From Macrostomum lignano (Eukaryota), in NCBI GenBank assembly GCA_002269645.1, contig NIVC01000900.1:186001-250000 (forward strand): a stretch of DNA of 64,000 nt. The letters are read 5' to 3'. Positions 25,101 to 37,700 of this stretch are shown in pieces. Position numbers and translations under genes: made by a program. A model generated the notes under the pieces. The model was not told where the DNA came from. It searched no databases and worked only from the letters and a program-made list of their open reading frames with translations. Every line of letters starts with the position of its first letter. Position 1 is the first letter of the stretch.

Positions 25101-27799
25101 CGGTCCTTTGGGCCATGTGAGGTCTTGTGTTGTCCTTCTTTTGAGTTCATGTTCATGGTGATGCAGCAGCCAAGGTGGACAATGTGCTCTTCAAACAGTA
25201 AGAAAAAGCAATGAAATTGATAGACCTCCCCCTTTGCGCTGTCAGTATATGTAGTGCCAAGAATGCCATCCACTGTGCCATCTAGGAACCCCCAATCAGC
25301 CATGACTGCTTAAATCTCACCTATAGCCACCTCAACATCACTTTAAGAAAAACCTCATCACTGAACAAGCCAATGCCATGCTCCTCACCTGCATCTATTT
25401 GGGGCATTATCTTTTCTTGAGCCTACTATAGTGTCATCAACCTGTCAGTCAATCTCTCATGCCTTCTCTATTGTCACCAATGCAATGACCTGGAATAGTG
25501 GTTTTACTGCTTGGCCTTTGCTAGTGATATGCTCCATTTCCTTTGGAGGACACTCCATTGATGTCAGCAGCATTTTAGATAACCCCTTTAAGCTAGTTAG
25601 GCACTGCTTCGTAACAGTGTCTAGGTACAATCTACCTCATATATACATACATACAATGATAGCAGGCAATCCCTATTCTTAAAAAAATATAGAACATGCC
25701 TAGATGCTAATATAAGTTAGCCTGTCCAATATTATTTGTGATCTTGAGTCAAGCCTTATGCCTCTACTACTACTACTACCATCACTATGATTCAATCTGC
25801 AGCTATAACTACTAATAGCTGCATTCTACTATTGGCATTCAACTTATTGAACTTTGCATACAGAGGGGCCTAGTGTGCCCTCTTGGCATATAGCTTAGCA
25901 TATAGAGTTTGCCAAGACAGCAAGTGGGACCAAAGTTCTGAGTCCCAATCAATGTATATAGTTAATATACATAAAAATGATTAAGTTTAAGTTTGGCAAA
26001 TTACATGTACATAGTTAGATTAGCTAAATTTTAATCAAAATGAGTAGCTCCTTGCCCTTTCAAAAAGAATAGAAAACTAAAAAAATGTATTTAACTTTTC
26101 TTAGAAGTTAAAAGTAAAACAAAAATGTTAAATTAAAATAAACTAGTTTTAACTGATCATTTTTTAATATTAAATTTTGTGAGCCCTAAATATTGAATTC
26201 TTATTTTTAATTTTTGTTTTGGCATTTATTTGTATATGATAAAAGTTCATTCATTGGCATACATGGGTTATACCAAATTCATCAACAACTAATTTGTCAA
26301 TAGACCTAAAATTTAAGAAATTGAAGGAAATCAAATTTGTCAACAATTAAACCAAGCTGGGTGATTTTGTCAACAATAAAACAGATTACTATAAAATTTA
26401 TTCCTTAATGCAATAATTGTAAATTTCTATTTACAATCTACAGGTTATAACAGGTTGTATAAAAATATCAAATAAAAACCATTTGCCTTTGTTATCTTAT
26501 ATGTATCTTCTCAATAGGCTTGTGTTTTTTGATTTTCAGTGTGTAATAAATATATACTAGCTAGTCAATAGTAATGTTGTGCATGATACTCAAAAAAGTA
26601 TCAATGAAAACTGATCCTCCAATACCCATTCTGAAAAAAATATTGCTAATAACTAAAAGTCTGATATCCCAATTTGAGTTTTGTCAATACCCTAATTCCA
26701 ATACTTTATTCCAATACTAGTTTTTTTTCAAAAAGCAATGTCCAACAAGTATAAATATATAATTTAAGCTTATCAGACCTTTTCCTAAATATATAGGAAA
26801 AAAGCAAGCTTAAAATTGTTTTAAATGAAGAAACCTTTAGTAAATCAAAAAATAAATCAAAAACAATCAGTTGGCATTATAGTCAATCAGATAACTACCT
26901 ATTAGCCACTGTAGTCAGTCTTCTTTATGTCTATTAGTATTATTATTGTTTTAGTATAGTATAGTAGCTTTAGGTCTATAATTGCTATACATGCACACTT
27001 AATTCCTTAGCCCTTAGTTGGGTATTGGATGTACTTAGTCAGCTAGCCAGATCAACTACTCTAACTGAGGTATAGACTTTAAAGCCTTATCTCTGATTTG
27101 GCAATATCTTGCCATGCTGCTCTTTATACATACATATAAACCTATATGCAAATTGAGTCATTTTCTCTTTCCTTGGCCAATTCAACTTGGCCTTACCCAA
27201 TATGTGCTTTTAATAGTGAATCTATTTATTTGTTGCTGACTAATTATTTATATCATTCACTAACTTGCTTATGTTATTATATCCTATTGGAAAAAATGTT
27301 GAAAACCTGCGGACAGATACTTTAGAAAAGAGTCAAATTATTTTACTGCGCTTTAGGATTGTAGATGTTCCATTTCATTGAAATAAAAGTTTGCTAACTT
27401 TCCAAAATTGAAATTGAAATTTTCCAAAACCAAAATTCAAAATAACAAAGTTTAGTATCACCAACACTCACTTATTACTTTCAATTTACTGCTAATGCAA
27501 AATGAAATACATGTACTGGTATATGTAGCAGAAATTAGTTTATTTTTAGCAAATTTTTTAGACACTTCTAAAATTTTGACTTCTAATTTTTTTAGAAATT
27601 GAACTTTACTCTTTGCCGTTTACAGTTTTACAACTTTTTCCTATAGGGTTACTATAGTGTAGTGCTAGTATATTTACTATTGTAGAAATTGTAAAATCAA
27701 TCGGCAATTGGTGACTGACAATGAAAGTATTGTAGAACTTGTGGCATGATAATTGATAAATAATTAATATAATTTTAATGATAATTACTAATTACCAAC

Positions 27800-27988
27800 T
27801 ATGAGCTCATACATGCACTTTGGGAATCACTTGGCTATTTCTATTGGCAACACACACATGTAAGTTGCTATTGGCTGAGACCAGTCATGTGACTACTTTT
27901 CCATCCAATAGCAACTTACATATGTGTGTTGCCAATAGAAATGGCCGAGTGAATCGCAAGGTTTTGCCCAAGCATGTATGAGCTTATA
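27800..27988. mobile_element. palindromic hairpin element / MITE remnant
   Basis: Arms of about 80 bp (...TATTTCTATTGGCAACACACACATGTAAGTTGCTATTGG / CCAATAGCAACTTACATATGTGTGTTGCCAATAGAAATGG...) around a spacer of about 29 nt. Confidence 0.8.
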
Positions 27989-28216
27989 ATTATACTATTT
28001 TAATCTAAAAACTGGTTTTAAAAAAGAAAATATCTATTTTTTACTTTTATTGACTAAAATGAAATATTTACATTACTTTCTATAAATTATGTCATTATTT
28101 CCTTTGTTTTAAAGAAATTTTTATTGTTTGCATGTTTAAAATTTCAAAAGTATCAGACTGTTAGACTAAAAAGAACATTTGAGAATTGTATTAGAAGTTA
28201 CCAAAGTCCGATATTG

Positions 28217-28525
28217 CAATGTTGTAGCCAGGAATTTCAATTGGAAAGGGCAGGTCCAAGGTTGGCTTGGCTAGCCATGTCTAATGCCATTGCCATTGCC
28301 ACTTTGCACATATATCAGCATTATACAACATGCTATACCATAGTGATAGCCAATGGCCCAATCTCAATGTTATGTTCTATTTGCATAATGGTTTTATAAT
28401 GGTATTGCATAGCATTACATCATGGTTCCTATTTCTCTCTTTGCTTTGTTTTTGGTACTTGCCATGCCTAACCCTACTTCCCAAGTGATTGGAGGGGGGG
28501 CAGCAGCCCCCTGGCTATGCCACTA
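28217..28525. mobile_element. non-autonomous hAT-type MITE, decayed
   Basis: TIRs CAATGTTGTAGCCAGG / CCTGGCTATGCCACTA (11/16 match). The 8-bp TSD reads CGATATTG (28209-28216) and CAATATTG (28526-28533). Confidence 0.72.
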
Positions 28526-31189
28526 CAATATTGTCGAAAAAATTATTGGTTTCTAATATTTTAATATACAAAAGGTATCATTAATAGTATTAAAGTATTG
28601 GAATTATACCCAGCATTGGTCAATAATATATTGTCAGGTAGGGGCCCAACTGAATTTGTCAATTTGGTAGCACTTAGATATATATATACATAGGGCCTAT
28701 ATGTATATTAGCATACATAAGCTAAAGAAGCAATTTATGTTTTAACATACACTAGTACACAATTGATAATCCTGACCCTAGTATTCTACTTGGCCCAATT
28801 CTAAAAAGCCTAGAGAATCTAAAAGCCTAATTTGAATTTAAATTAAGATGACATAAGTTAAGCTTGCCTTTTGGCTTTTGCCTTAAATAACACTAACAAA
28901 GAAAAGTGCCCTAGGTTTTTTTCATCCATAACTTTGCATTTTCAAGACCAGGATGCAGTCAAAAACTGGTCTAACATAATACTACTCAATATCCATAATA
29001 CTAAATTGTGAAATCCATATCACATCCTTGCAAAAAATTCTGGTGCACTTTTTGCACCCTGAGTCAAATTTCAGGGTGCGATTTTTAAGACCAGGATGCT
29101 ATTTGCACCCATTCGCACAAAAAACCCAGTAGAAAACCCAAGTTTAATCTAGAATATTGAAATTGAATTGCATATCATCCATAGTCAAGAAGGTGGCAAG
29201 TGCACGCGGGAATCAATTTATGAAAAAAAATCCTTGGTGCACGCCAATGTACGTCAATTTTTTAAAACCCTTAACATGATGTTTCTGTTGCACGCCAAAA
29301 ATCTTGAATACCAAAAATCATGTACGCCGAAAATTGTGTACACCGTATTAGATATGTAATGTATCTCCATATCTATTTTAAAAGGAAACATATTTTGTAC
29401 TTATTTCTCACTTATTATTTGTATTTCATATTTGTATTCTGTTTCTGCATTTACTGTACTTTTTAGTGTATATATATAATTTTGCATAATTGTTTTATAA
29501 TGTAGTTTGTTTTATTGCTCAATGTAACTAATATATAATAAATATTGCTTGTAAGAGTTCGCCGCGCTCTGATTTGGCATTTTCGACTGATCGTGATAAT
29601 TTAAGTGACAGTCCTCGGCATTCATTTCGTTACAGATACTATTTTTAAATAAATTTTCTACTTACGTTAAACAAAGTTTATATAAAAAAAGGAAATTCGC
29701 TACAAAGAACATAGTGAGTATCAAAAACTTTTTCTTCACATTTCAAGAAACAAATAAACTAAAAGTCTACAAGAGTCACAAAATAAGAGCGTTTAAAAGT
29801 TATTGGATATTTTAATTTTAATGTAGGCTGTAGAGTGTAGGCCTGGCTATAGGCTAGGCTGTAGCCTCAACTAGTTGGTTTAATCAATATTCAAATTCAA
29901 TTGTTCACGTTTAACTTTATATATTGTATATATATAGTGTATACATCTATATCTGACTTGTTGATATACTGTCAGTTTGTAATTGCACGCCAAGGTTACA
30001 CGCTAAGTAAAAAACTTATACGCTGAAAATTTAGGCGTGGCTTGAGACCCCTATTTGCACGCCAACTTTGCACGCCAAAATTTTAGCGTGGCTTGTGCAT
30101 GTGGGAAAATTCCCGCGTGCAGGCCACCTTCCTGAGTATGGCATATCATATATATGCCATACACCCATATGTAATATATACCAACATTGGAAAAGACTAA
30201 ATAAAATAAGTAAATTGAATATCAAGTCTTAAAATTTAAACTATGACTGAAAGTATTAATAAATAATAATTAATAATTAATAAAAATAAATATAATGAGA
30301 AAATATTTATAGACCATAATAATCCCATATGAAAGCTTAGATAAAGAAGGGGAGCCAAAAAGCAGGAATTAAAACTCAGCGGGCCTAGCTATTGGCATGG
30401 GCATGGCCATGAGCGGCGACAATTGTGTCGGCGTACGCATTTCCAGCCTGGCCTGGGCAGAGAAAATTACACAAAAGTAATATACACATGATTGAGTGTA
30501 TAGAAAAAAAGATAATAATATGTATAAAAGTAAGTGAATAAGAACAAGTAATAGTAGGGCCATGGCTTAAAATTTAATAGAATCGTTGATCCGATAAGCT
30601 CAACTTAAAAATTTCACACTTGGTGACATGCTAATTAATTGGAATGCAATCAAAATGCGCGAGTTATGCATGATACACGTACTTTGTGGTCGGAACGTAT
30701 CATCGATCCGGGACTCATTTAAAACAGTACGAAGAATTCTATGAAACAAACATTTTAGCTGTCAAAATATATCACGTAAAAATCATATTAATTTTATGCA
30801 TGCAATGCAAAAAACGGTTTAGTAGTCTTTTCCAAATTTAGTGAATGTCAAATTAAATTATTAAAAGTAGTACAGACATTTCATCACACATGTTAACAAA
30901 AGTGGGTAGTGCAACGGAATGAAACAGTGAAAATTGTACATTGTAAATATATTTAGGATTGTTCTTATTAACACCTCATACCTTGAAACAGAAAGAAGTT
31001 AGTCAAAAAGGCATATTTTACATAACTGACCTTCAAATCGGAAAACTCGTTTCATTGCTACATCCACAAGAAACTCCAAGCCTACAGTAGATCGACGTGT
31101 TTAACATGCATAGTCATATGCGTAATATAATTGTAAACTGGGGTCAAAAAATGTTTTAATTTTTAATTTTTAGAGAAGACCCTAAATCA

Positions 31190-31760
31190 ACATTTTAGTT
31201 TCTTAGACTTGCCAATGCATCTCGACCACAATCGGTCATCTTCAGGGCAGACATGCACGTCGATCAATTAATCACACAGAAACCATGTTAATATACTTTA
31301 TTTAAGAAATGAAAACTGTTCAATGTCATGTACAAATCAGTTTTAGTCCAGTCCGGTTAACAACAGAAAGAAAAACCTGAATAAAGTTAATGAGACTGCC
31401 AACCTAGCTAAAACACATTGAGTTAGCGGCTTGCACCCCCATGGCTCTAGCTGGATCATGTTCAAATTTGGTTTCTGAGCCTTAATGTACATCGCCTCGA
31501 GAATGTTCAGTTTGTTTTCTTTGCTATAGGAATCGATAACTTTAAACATATCACAACAGTTCATATTGCAGCAGGAGTTGCACGTGAGAAGGTGCTCATT
31601 GATGGCAGAATTTCTAATCCAGTGTTCCTTAACCCTTGTGTTCCAGTGTCGCTTAGTTTTACCAATTTAGGTGATGTTCTGATCCACAGAACAATGAAAT
31701 TTATAAACGACCTTGTAATCTGTTCTAGGAATGGATGAAGCCGTCAAAGTAATAATTAGC
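31190..31760 (-). mobile_element. Penelope-like retroelement remnant (GIY-YIG endonuclease plus terminal pLTR part)
   Basis: The minus strand reads VVYKFHC...T*IGKTKRHWNTRVKEH...SAINEHL...FKVID...LNILEAMYIKAQKPNLN (GIY-YIG with Y mutated to stop). A hammerhead-like motif typical of PLE termini follows. Confidence 0.85.
31210..31249 (-). ncRNA. degenerate minimal type-I hammerhead ribozyme in the Penelope pLTR
   Basis: UGCC-CUGAAGA-U-GACC(GAUUGU)GGUC-GAGA-UGCA-UU-GGCA. Stems I and II and a palindromic stem III are present; GAAA is mutated to GAGA. Confidence 0.62.
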
Positions 31761-32476
31761 TGCACTGACATTTACATGTAACTCGCGATTCTACTCATTT
31801 CGGAAGCTAACTGTTTTTGCACCTAAGATGTCGACATTGAATATACTGTATATCTTATATACAGTCTATAAGAAAGCGTTTATGTGCTTTTTATGGAGTT
31901 CTCAAACTCTACTAATGATAAACTGAGTTTAATATCTGATTAAAAAGATAATAACTTTCATTTGGTTGGATTATATTAACGATAGAAAAGTAGACAAAGC
32001 AACATTAATTGAATCGTAAAATCTCTCACAGCCCCCAATGATGAAGTAGAAGCGTCTTGCTGACTGTCGTGTACACTAAAAGAGTTGCGGGAGGGGGACA
32101 GTGTGCATGGCTATGGCCAATATTTAATTAACAGCTCCAGCAACTGGGATCTGGGAGGCTGGCCCAGCAACTGACATTCTGGGAGGCTGTCAAACATGAA
32201 GCCAGAAAACTGATCTCGTCCTGCGAGGTTTGAACCAATTTTTTACATGTAGTACGAGTATGCATGTAGTATGTCAAACGTTCTGCGTATTAGCTATAAA
32301 TGAATTATCACACCTGCAAACAGCCCGCATAACGGTAAACGAGTTAGCAAACAAGGCATCTGTCTGCAAATTTACCAAGACGCGATTCCATTTCACGATA
32401 TTTGACTTCAGTTTATATGCAATTGCAGCTTCATTTAATTAAAGCCAGCTCCCTATATAATAGCTGACGAAGTTTT

Positions 32477-34167
32477 TTATCGGTTCCATTTTTTCCTGTC
32501 GCACCAACGGCCGAATCCCTGAAGCTGAAGGCGATTGAGTTGCCCTTGAACAATTGCAAAGCATTCTAACCATCCCTTGATGAAGTTGTAGTTGGCATTT
32601 GGTCTCACTCCGAATCGTAGGCATTGAAAATTTTCAGCACTGCAGGTGTTGAGATCAAGGTTGTGACTTCGCTTTTTCATTTGAGTCACATTTCCATGCG
32701 CGTACAAGTTGCATTCGGAACTTTGCAGCGCAAAGCCAAGGTTTATTTCAGCAGCCTCATTTAAAGGACTCAAAGAAAACGCACCAGGGCTGCTGACGTA
32801 GTTATAGTAGCCTTCTAAGTTGGGTGGATGGTAACGGAAAACAGCACGGGTGTCTCTGCGTACCAGCATAGCATTGCCAACACGTTGAGCAGTGAAACAT
32901 TTTGTAAACAGATTGCACAGTGTTGCTGAAAAATGAAAATGAAAGAAAACATAAGGCTATAAGTTATGGTGATAGTAGAATTAAGGATTGACATATGCAG
33001 CTATTGAAACTTACTTCTTGTGTAAAAATAGTCTGGCTCGAATGAACAACGTCACGTTGGGCTCGGGCACAAACAGGTCCTCGATTCCGTCGGCCGTGCT
33101 CACACCGATGAAGGAGCCAGACTCTCCCGTCACGAACGCGCCCGCAGACCGGTTGAGCACAGCCGACACGAGCACCGGAGTGTGCGGATTCCGGTGCACA
33201 GGCGCCAAATTGAACGAGCCCACACGGAAGTGGTACAGAATCCGCAGCGAGCTCACCGCGATGCTGCTGGGCAGGTCGGTCGTGTGAGCTGCAATTCGAT
33301 AACGATGTAACGATGTGAGCACACCGGTGCCTGCATGGACTCGCCAGTGAATGAGCTGGGCACAGCTGCAGTCACGCACTGCATGGGCACAGCTGCAGTC
33401 ACTCACTGCATGGGCACAGCTGCAGTCACGCACTGCATGGGCACAGCTGCAGTCGCACACTGCATGGGCAGAGCTGCAGTCACGCACTGCATGGGCACAG
33501 CTGCAGTCACTCACTGCATGGGCACAGCTGCAGTCACACACTGCATGGGCACAGCTGCAGTCACACACTGCATGGGCACAGCTGCAGTCACACACTGCAT
33601 GGGCACAGCTGCAGTCACGCACTGCATAGGCACAGCTGCAGTCACGCACTGCATAGGCACAGCTGCAGTCACGCACTGCATGGGCACAGCTGCAGTCACA
33701 CACTGCATGGGCACAGCTGCAGTCACACACTGCATGGGCACAGCTGCAATGCACACACTCATGCATGCTCAGGCCTGACAGAATGACTTCTCACCCTGCT
33801 CGAACTTTGCCAGCCTCCGCCTGTTCACAAACGAGTCGCACTGGCCGTGTCCGTGCAGCCATGCAGTGAGGAAGGCCTCGGCAGTCGCCAGCAGACACCA
33901 GCGATGCTCAGCGACCATGCTGGCAGCTGCAGAGCTCTCTGTCGTGTGGCAGCTCAGCACGCAGACAGCGATGCTGCGGTCAGGCAGTTGATGAGGCTCC
34001 AGCTTCCACACTCCATCAGTGGGCAGGTCGTCAGGCGGACAGGCGACCAGTCTGTCGTAGTCGGTGAGCCCCACGATGGACGCTGACGAGACGGCGATGA
34101 GGCAGCAGAGGAGCACGAGAGTAAAAACTGTTTTGCGGCTTCTATAGATATCAGTTGGTTTCAGCAT
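32477..34167 (-). pseudogene. PAN/Apple + ConA/LamG-like secreted protein, copy A (apparent frameshift; pseudogene or assembly error)
   Basis: Exons 34167-33795, 33288-33015 and 32925-32477. Signal peptide, Cys-patterned PAN-like domain and ConA/LamG-like C-terminus (FIKGWLECFAIVQGQL). The phase-2 junction frame (NTVQSVYKMFHCS) differs from the frame of the rest of exon 3 (VGNAMLVRR...). One PAN Cys is Ser. Confidence 0.7.
33355..33755. repeat. 27-nt minisatellite in intron 1 of copy A
   Basis: Unit CTGCAGTCACACACTGCATGGGCACAG, about 15 copies. Confidence 0.97.
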
Positions 34168-34788
34168 GTTAGATTTTTACCTGAAACTGACTTGTCGCCT
34201 GAAACCAGCGCTGAAAAACAACTTTAATATCAGCTACTTGTAGGTTGCGACAGATTTTATATATGCCAAATCTTTAAGACTCTGATAGGCTCTATTCCTT
34301 CTCGACTAGTCGTGTAAGCCACTGTGTAATGGACTTCATCAAACCTTCCTTGCCACCAATTGGAGAATAGAAATGCAAGTCAGTTGTTCGTCTTAAAGTG
34401 CATTTAGAAGAATTTAGTTGCATAGATCGGCTTAGTTATCAACTTGACTGATAACTTGATGTGGGAACCTTGATGTGCAAAAGGGACAAAGCCTAATTTT
34501 ATTTGTCTATGGTCGCAAAGTCAGCGTTCGTGGCTGGCTGATTTTCCTCAAGAGTTCAACCATAGACAGCTTGACAGGCAAGCTACAATTGTGTCTCGCG
34601 CAGAAACTTTGTTTTAGTATAGAGACCTATTTTCCCATAGAAATCTAACACACTCCATGATGTTGGCCATAGACAATAGGTTAGCCGGAAATTTCTGTTG
34701 CAGAATCAAGCCTTAAGCGAAACTGACTGACAAATTTGCTAACGGACTAACTTGTTTCTTCGCATCATACCAAGTCAGCAAGTAAAAA

Positions 34789-37700
34789 ATGACTCAACTT
34801 ATTGTTCTCAGACTAGTAAATAAGATTTTCATCTGCTTACTATTACTAAATTGTACAGCAACCGCTACAAAGGAGGTCAAAATTTCCGACGAACGTGCAT
34901 TAAATGCTATGCTGGCTTTCTTTGCCCTTGAGCGCCAAAGAATTGACGTGCCTTTGTCGGACCTCCCAGACGGGCATTCAGTGGAGGACCGTGTGCTAAG
35001 TGGCTTGGCCTATGTGCCCTTAGCTGACCAGCCAATTCACGCCCTGTACGCTAGAGAAGGATTTCCAGACTTAAAGCGCATGTTCAGTGCCCCAGTTGTT
35101 CGTGACGGGTCAAGAACTTATCCAGCGATTCCCAGTCTGGACGCCAAGCGGAACAAAATCTACTTTCGGGTCTTTGGTAAGTTTTCCCAAAATTATTGAT
35201 TACGATACTTAAGTATATACATACTCACGGGTAGGGTTGTAGACGCAACACTATCAGGGGCCGATTTCATGAAGCAAGTACAAGTGACAAGTACAAACGG
35301 CCACTAAAAGTTGCGGCTGCATTACGACACCAGGACGTAACTCTCCCCGTTTGAGTGCGCCTTGTTCTTGTCTAAGGGTCTATCTGCTTCTAGCGATTCT
35401 TTCGTTTTTCATCCATCACGGTTTGGAATTCGTTGGTAGCTTTGAAAGTTGCATATTTTCTTCCTAGTAACGAATATTAGCGATTAAAAGTTCATTCAAT
35501 TCAACAACCAATTTCTAGGTAATTTGCTAACGAAGGTACCTAAAATTACAAGTTCATTGAAAAAGTATTGTCACATCAACGAAGGTAAGTAAATTTCTAC
35601 CGGGGTAATATATACCTATTTGCTTGTTTGCTGTGATTGAACTATTTACCAGATGGCCGATGAAATCTAAACTGATTGCGTGCTTGTTTCAGTTGAGTCA
35701 CAGCGAATCTAGTTTGTGCATCAGTTTGAGTCACATTGAATCCAGTGTGAGTCGTGCCCAAGGGATAGACTAGTGTGTGTGTAACAACAAACAACTTCAG
35801 GTCACTCATGTACCTTTGCTGCCGGCGACGCAATCGTATCCTGTGAATTAGTGTCGCATTCGAAGTCGCCAACTGAATTGATCGACATGTTCGGATATCT
35901 GGCCTTGCGTCTCGTTGGGGTGAGACAAACTGGTTAATCTGTCTGTCTTTAAAGTAGCATTTTACATTCTAACTAAAGTGCTTTACACCAGACTAATTGA
36001 CTCTCTTACGCTCGTATATCAAAATATTCCATTTTTGGGGATGGAAGTACCCGCAGTACCTTCAGTACCTTTGGGACCTTCAAGACCTTCGAGACCTTCC
36101 GGACCTTCGGGACCTTCGGGACCTTCGGGACCTTCAGGACCCTCGGGACCTTCGGGACCTTCAGGAGCCTCAGGACCCTTGATTAAGTGCATGCTTAAAA
36201 TTGTCTATAAAACGTAAGAGCATATTATATTTTATATGCAACACACTATGTAGTCTGCGAACGACGTCTACATGAGATTTTACGGCGTAAAAGTCTACCA
36301 ACCTGCCAAGAAGTTTAAAAGATTCGTTTTCACCTACGAAGACGAGCGCAATCACCCAAGGATTCTCTGGCCAGCCTGGGTTAATCTCTACTTGTTCTTC
36401 CGAAACAGCTACCAGGTCTGCCTGGAAGCTAAAAGATGCGGGTATAAAACTGACGATGACTGCGCGAACTTTTTCAGCAACGTTAACCAATTATCGCTGA
36501 CGTACGCTTATTTTGTGTGCCGAATTTTGTCAGGCAGCGCTTCGGACAGTCTGTGCCCTAATATTTGCCGGTTCGATCCTTGTGCCACCATACATCATGC
36601 TATTAAAGGTGAATTACTGGGGCTTCTTTATCACAGACACCCGAATACTTTACCAGATACCCGAATACTTTACCAGACACGGGAATACATTACCAGACAC
36701 CCGAATACTTTACCAGACACCCGAATACTTTACCAGACATGGGAATACTTTATCAGACACCCGAATACTTTACCACACACCCGAATAGTTTACCAGACAC
36801 GGGAATACTTTATCAGACACCCGAATACTTTACCAGACACGGGAATACTTTATCAGACACCCGAATACTTTACCAGACACGGGAATACTTTATCAGGCAC
36901 CCGAATACTTTACCAGACATGGTAATACTTTATCAGACACCCGAATACTTTACCACACACCCGAATAGTTTACCAGACACGGGAATACTTTATCAGACAC
37001 CCGAATAGTTTACCAGACACGGGAATACACTACCAGACACCCGAATAGTTTACCAGACACGGGAATACTTTACCAGACACGGGAATACACTACCAGACAC
37101 GGGAATACTCTACCAGACACGGGAATACTCTACCAGACACGGGAATACTCTACCAGACACGGGAATACTCTACCAGACACGGGAATACTCTACCAGACAC
37201 GGGAATACTCTACCAGACACGGGAATACTTTACTTATAGATACCTGCCATTTATCATGCGCGCTCTCTCTGCAGGCACCTGCTATCCAATCAGCTTGAAA
37301 ATACACCGGCATGATTATTTCTGCTTTTGCGAAGAGGGCTACAGGTGGGAGGCAAAAGACACAAGAGATTCCATTGGAGTCTGGCGAACTGGAAGGTGCG
37401 ACCATTCTGTATTTGAAGCATAGAAGAATGACAATCCTCTAGACTCGTAACAACAAAGATAACAAAGACTTATTTAACCCGTTCAGTAGACAGTAAGTAG
37501 ATTTATTTAGCTGCATTTTAAAAATGTTTATTTTTCAGGTGCACTTCCATGAAGCCCATGTCATCAGACACGGAGGCCTGTACCCCACTAGAGATGGAAA
37601 CGTTTTGCAATCGAGACGGCACTGCATCTTGCACAGTTATGCGTGCTACTTACAACCGTAGGGCCGTATGCATTTGCAAAACGGGCTATGGAAATCTGGA

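Noticed and set aside
25200-25700. Extension of the mariner remnant to its DDE core
   Set aside because: The translation is too decayed and shows no mariner motif; its origin is unassigned.
33335-33778. (MGTAAVTHC)n and (CDCSCAHAV)n Cys-rich ORFs, also at 45623-46253
   Set aside because: A 27-nt intronic array; canonical phase-1 donor and acceptor sites skip it in both paralogs.
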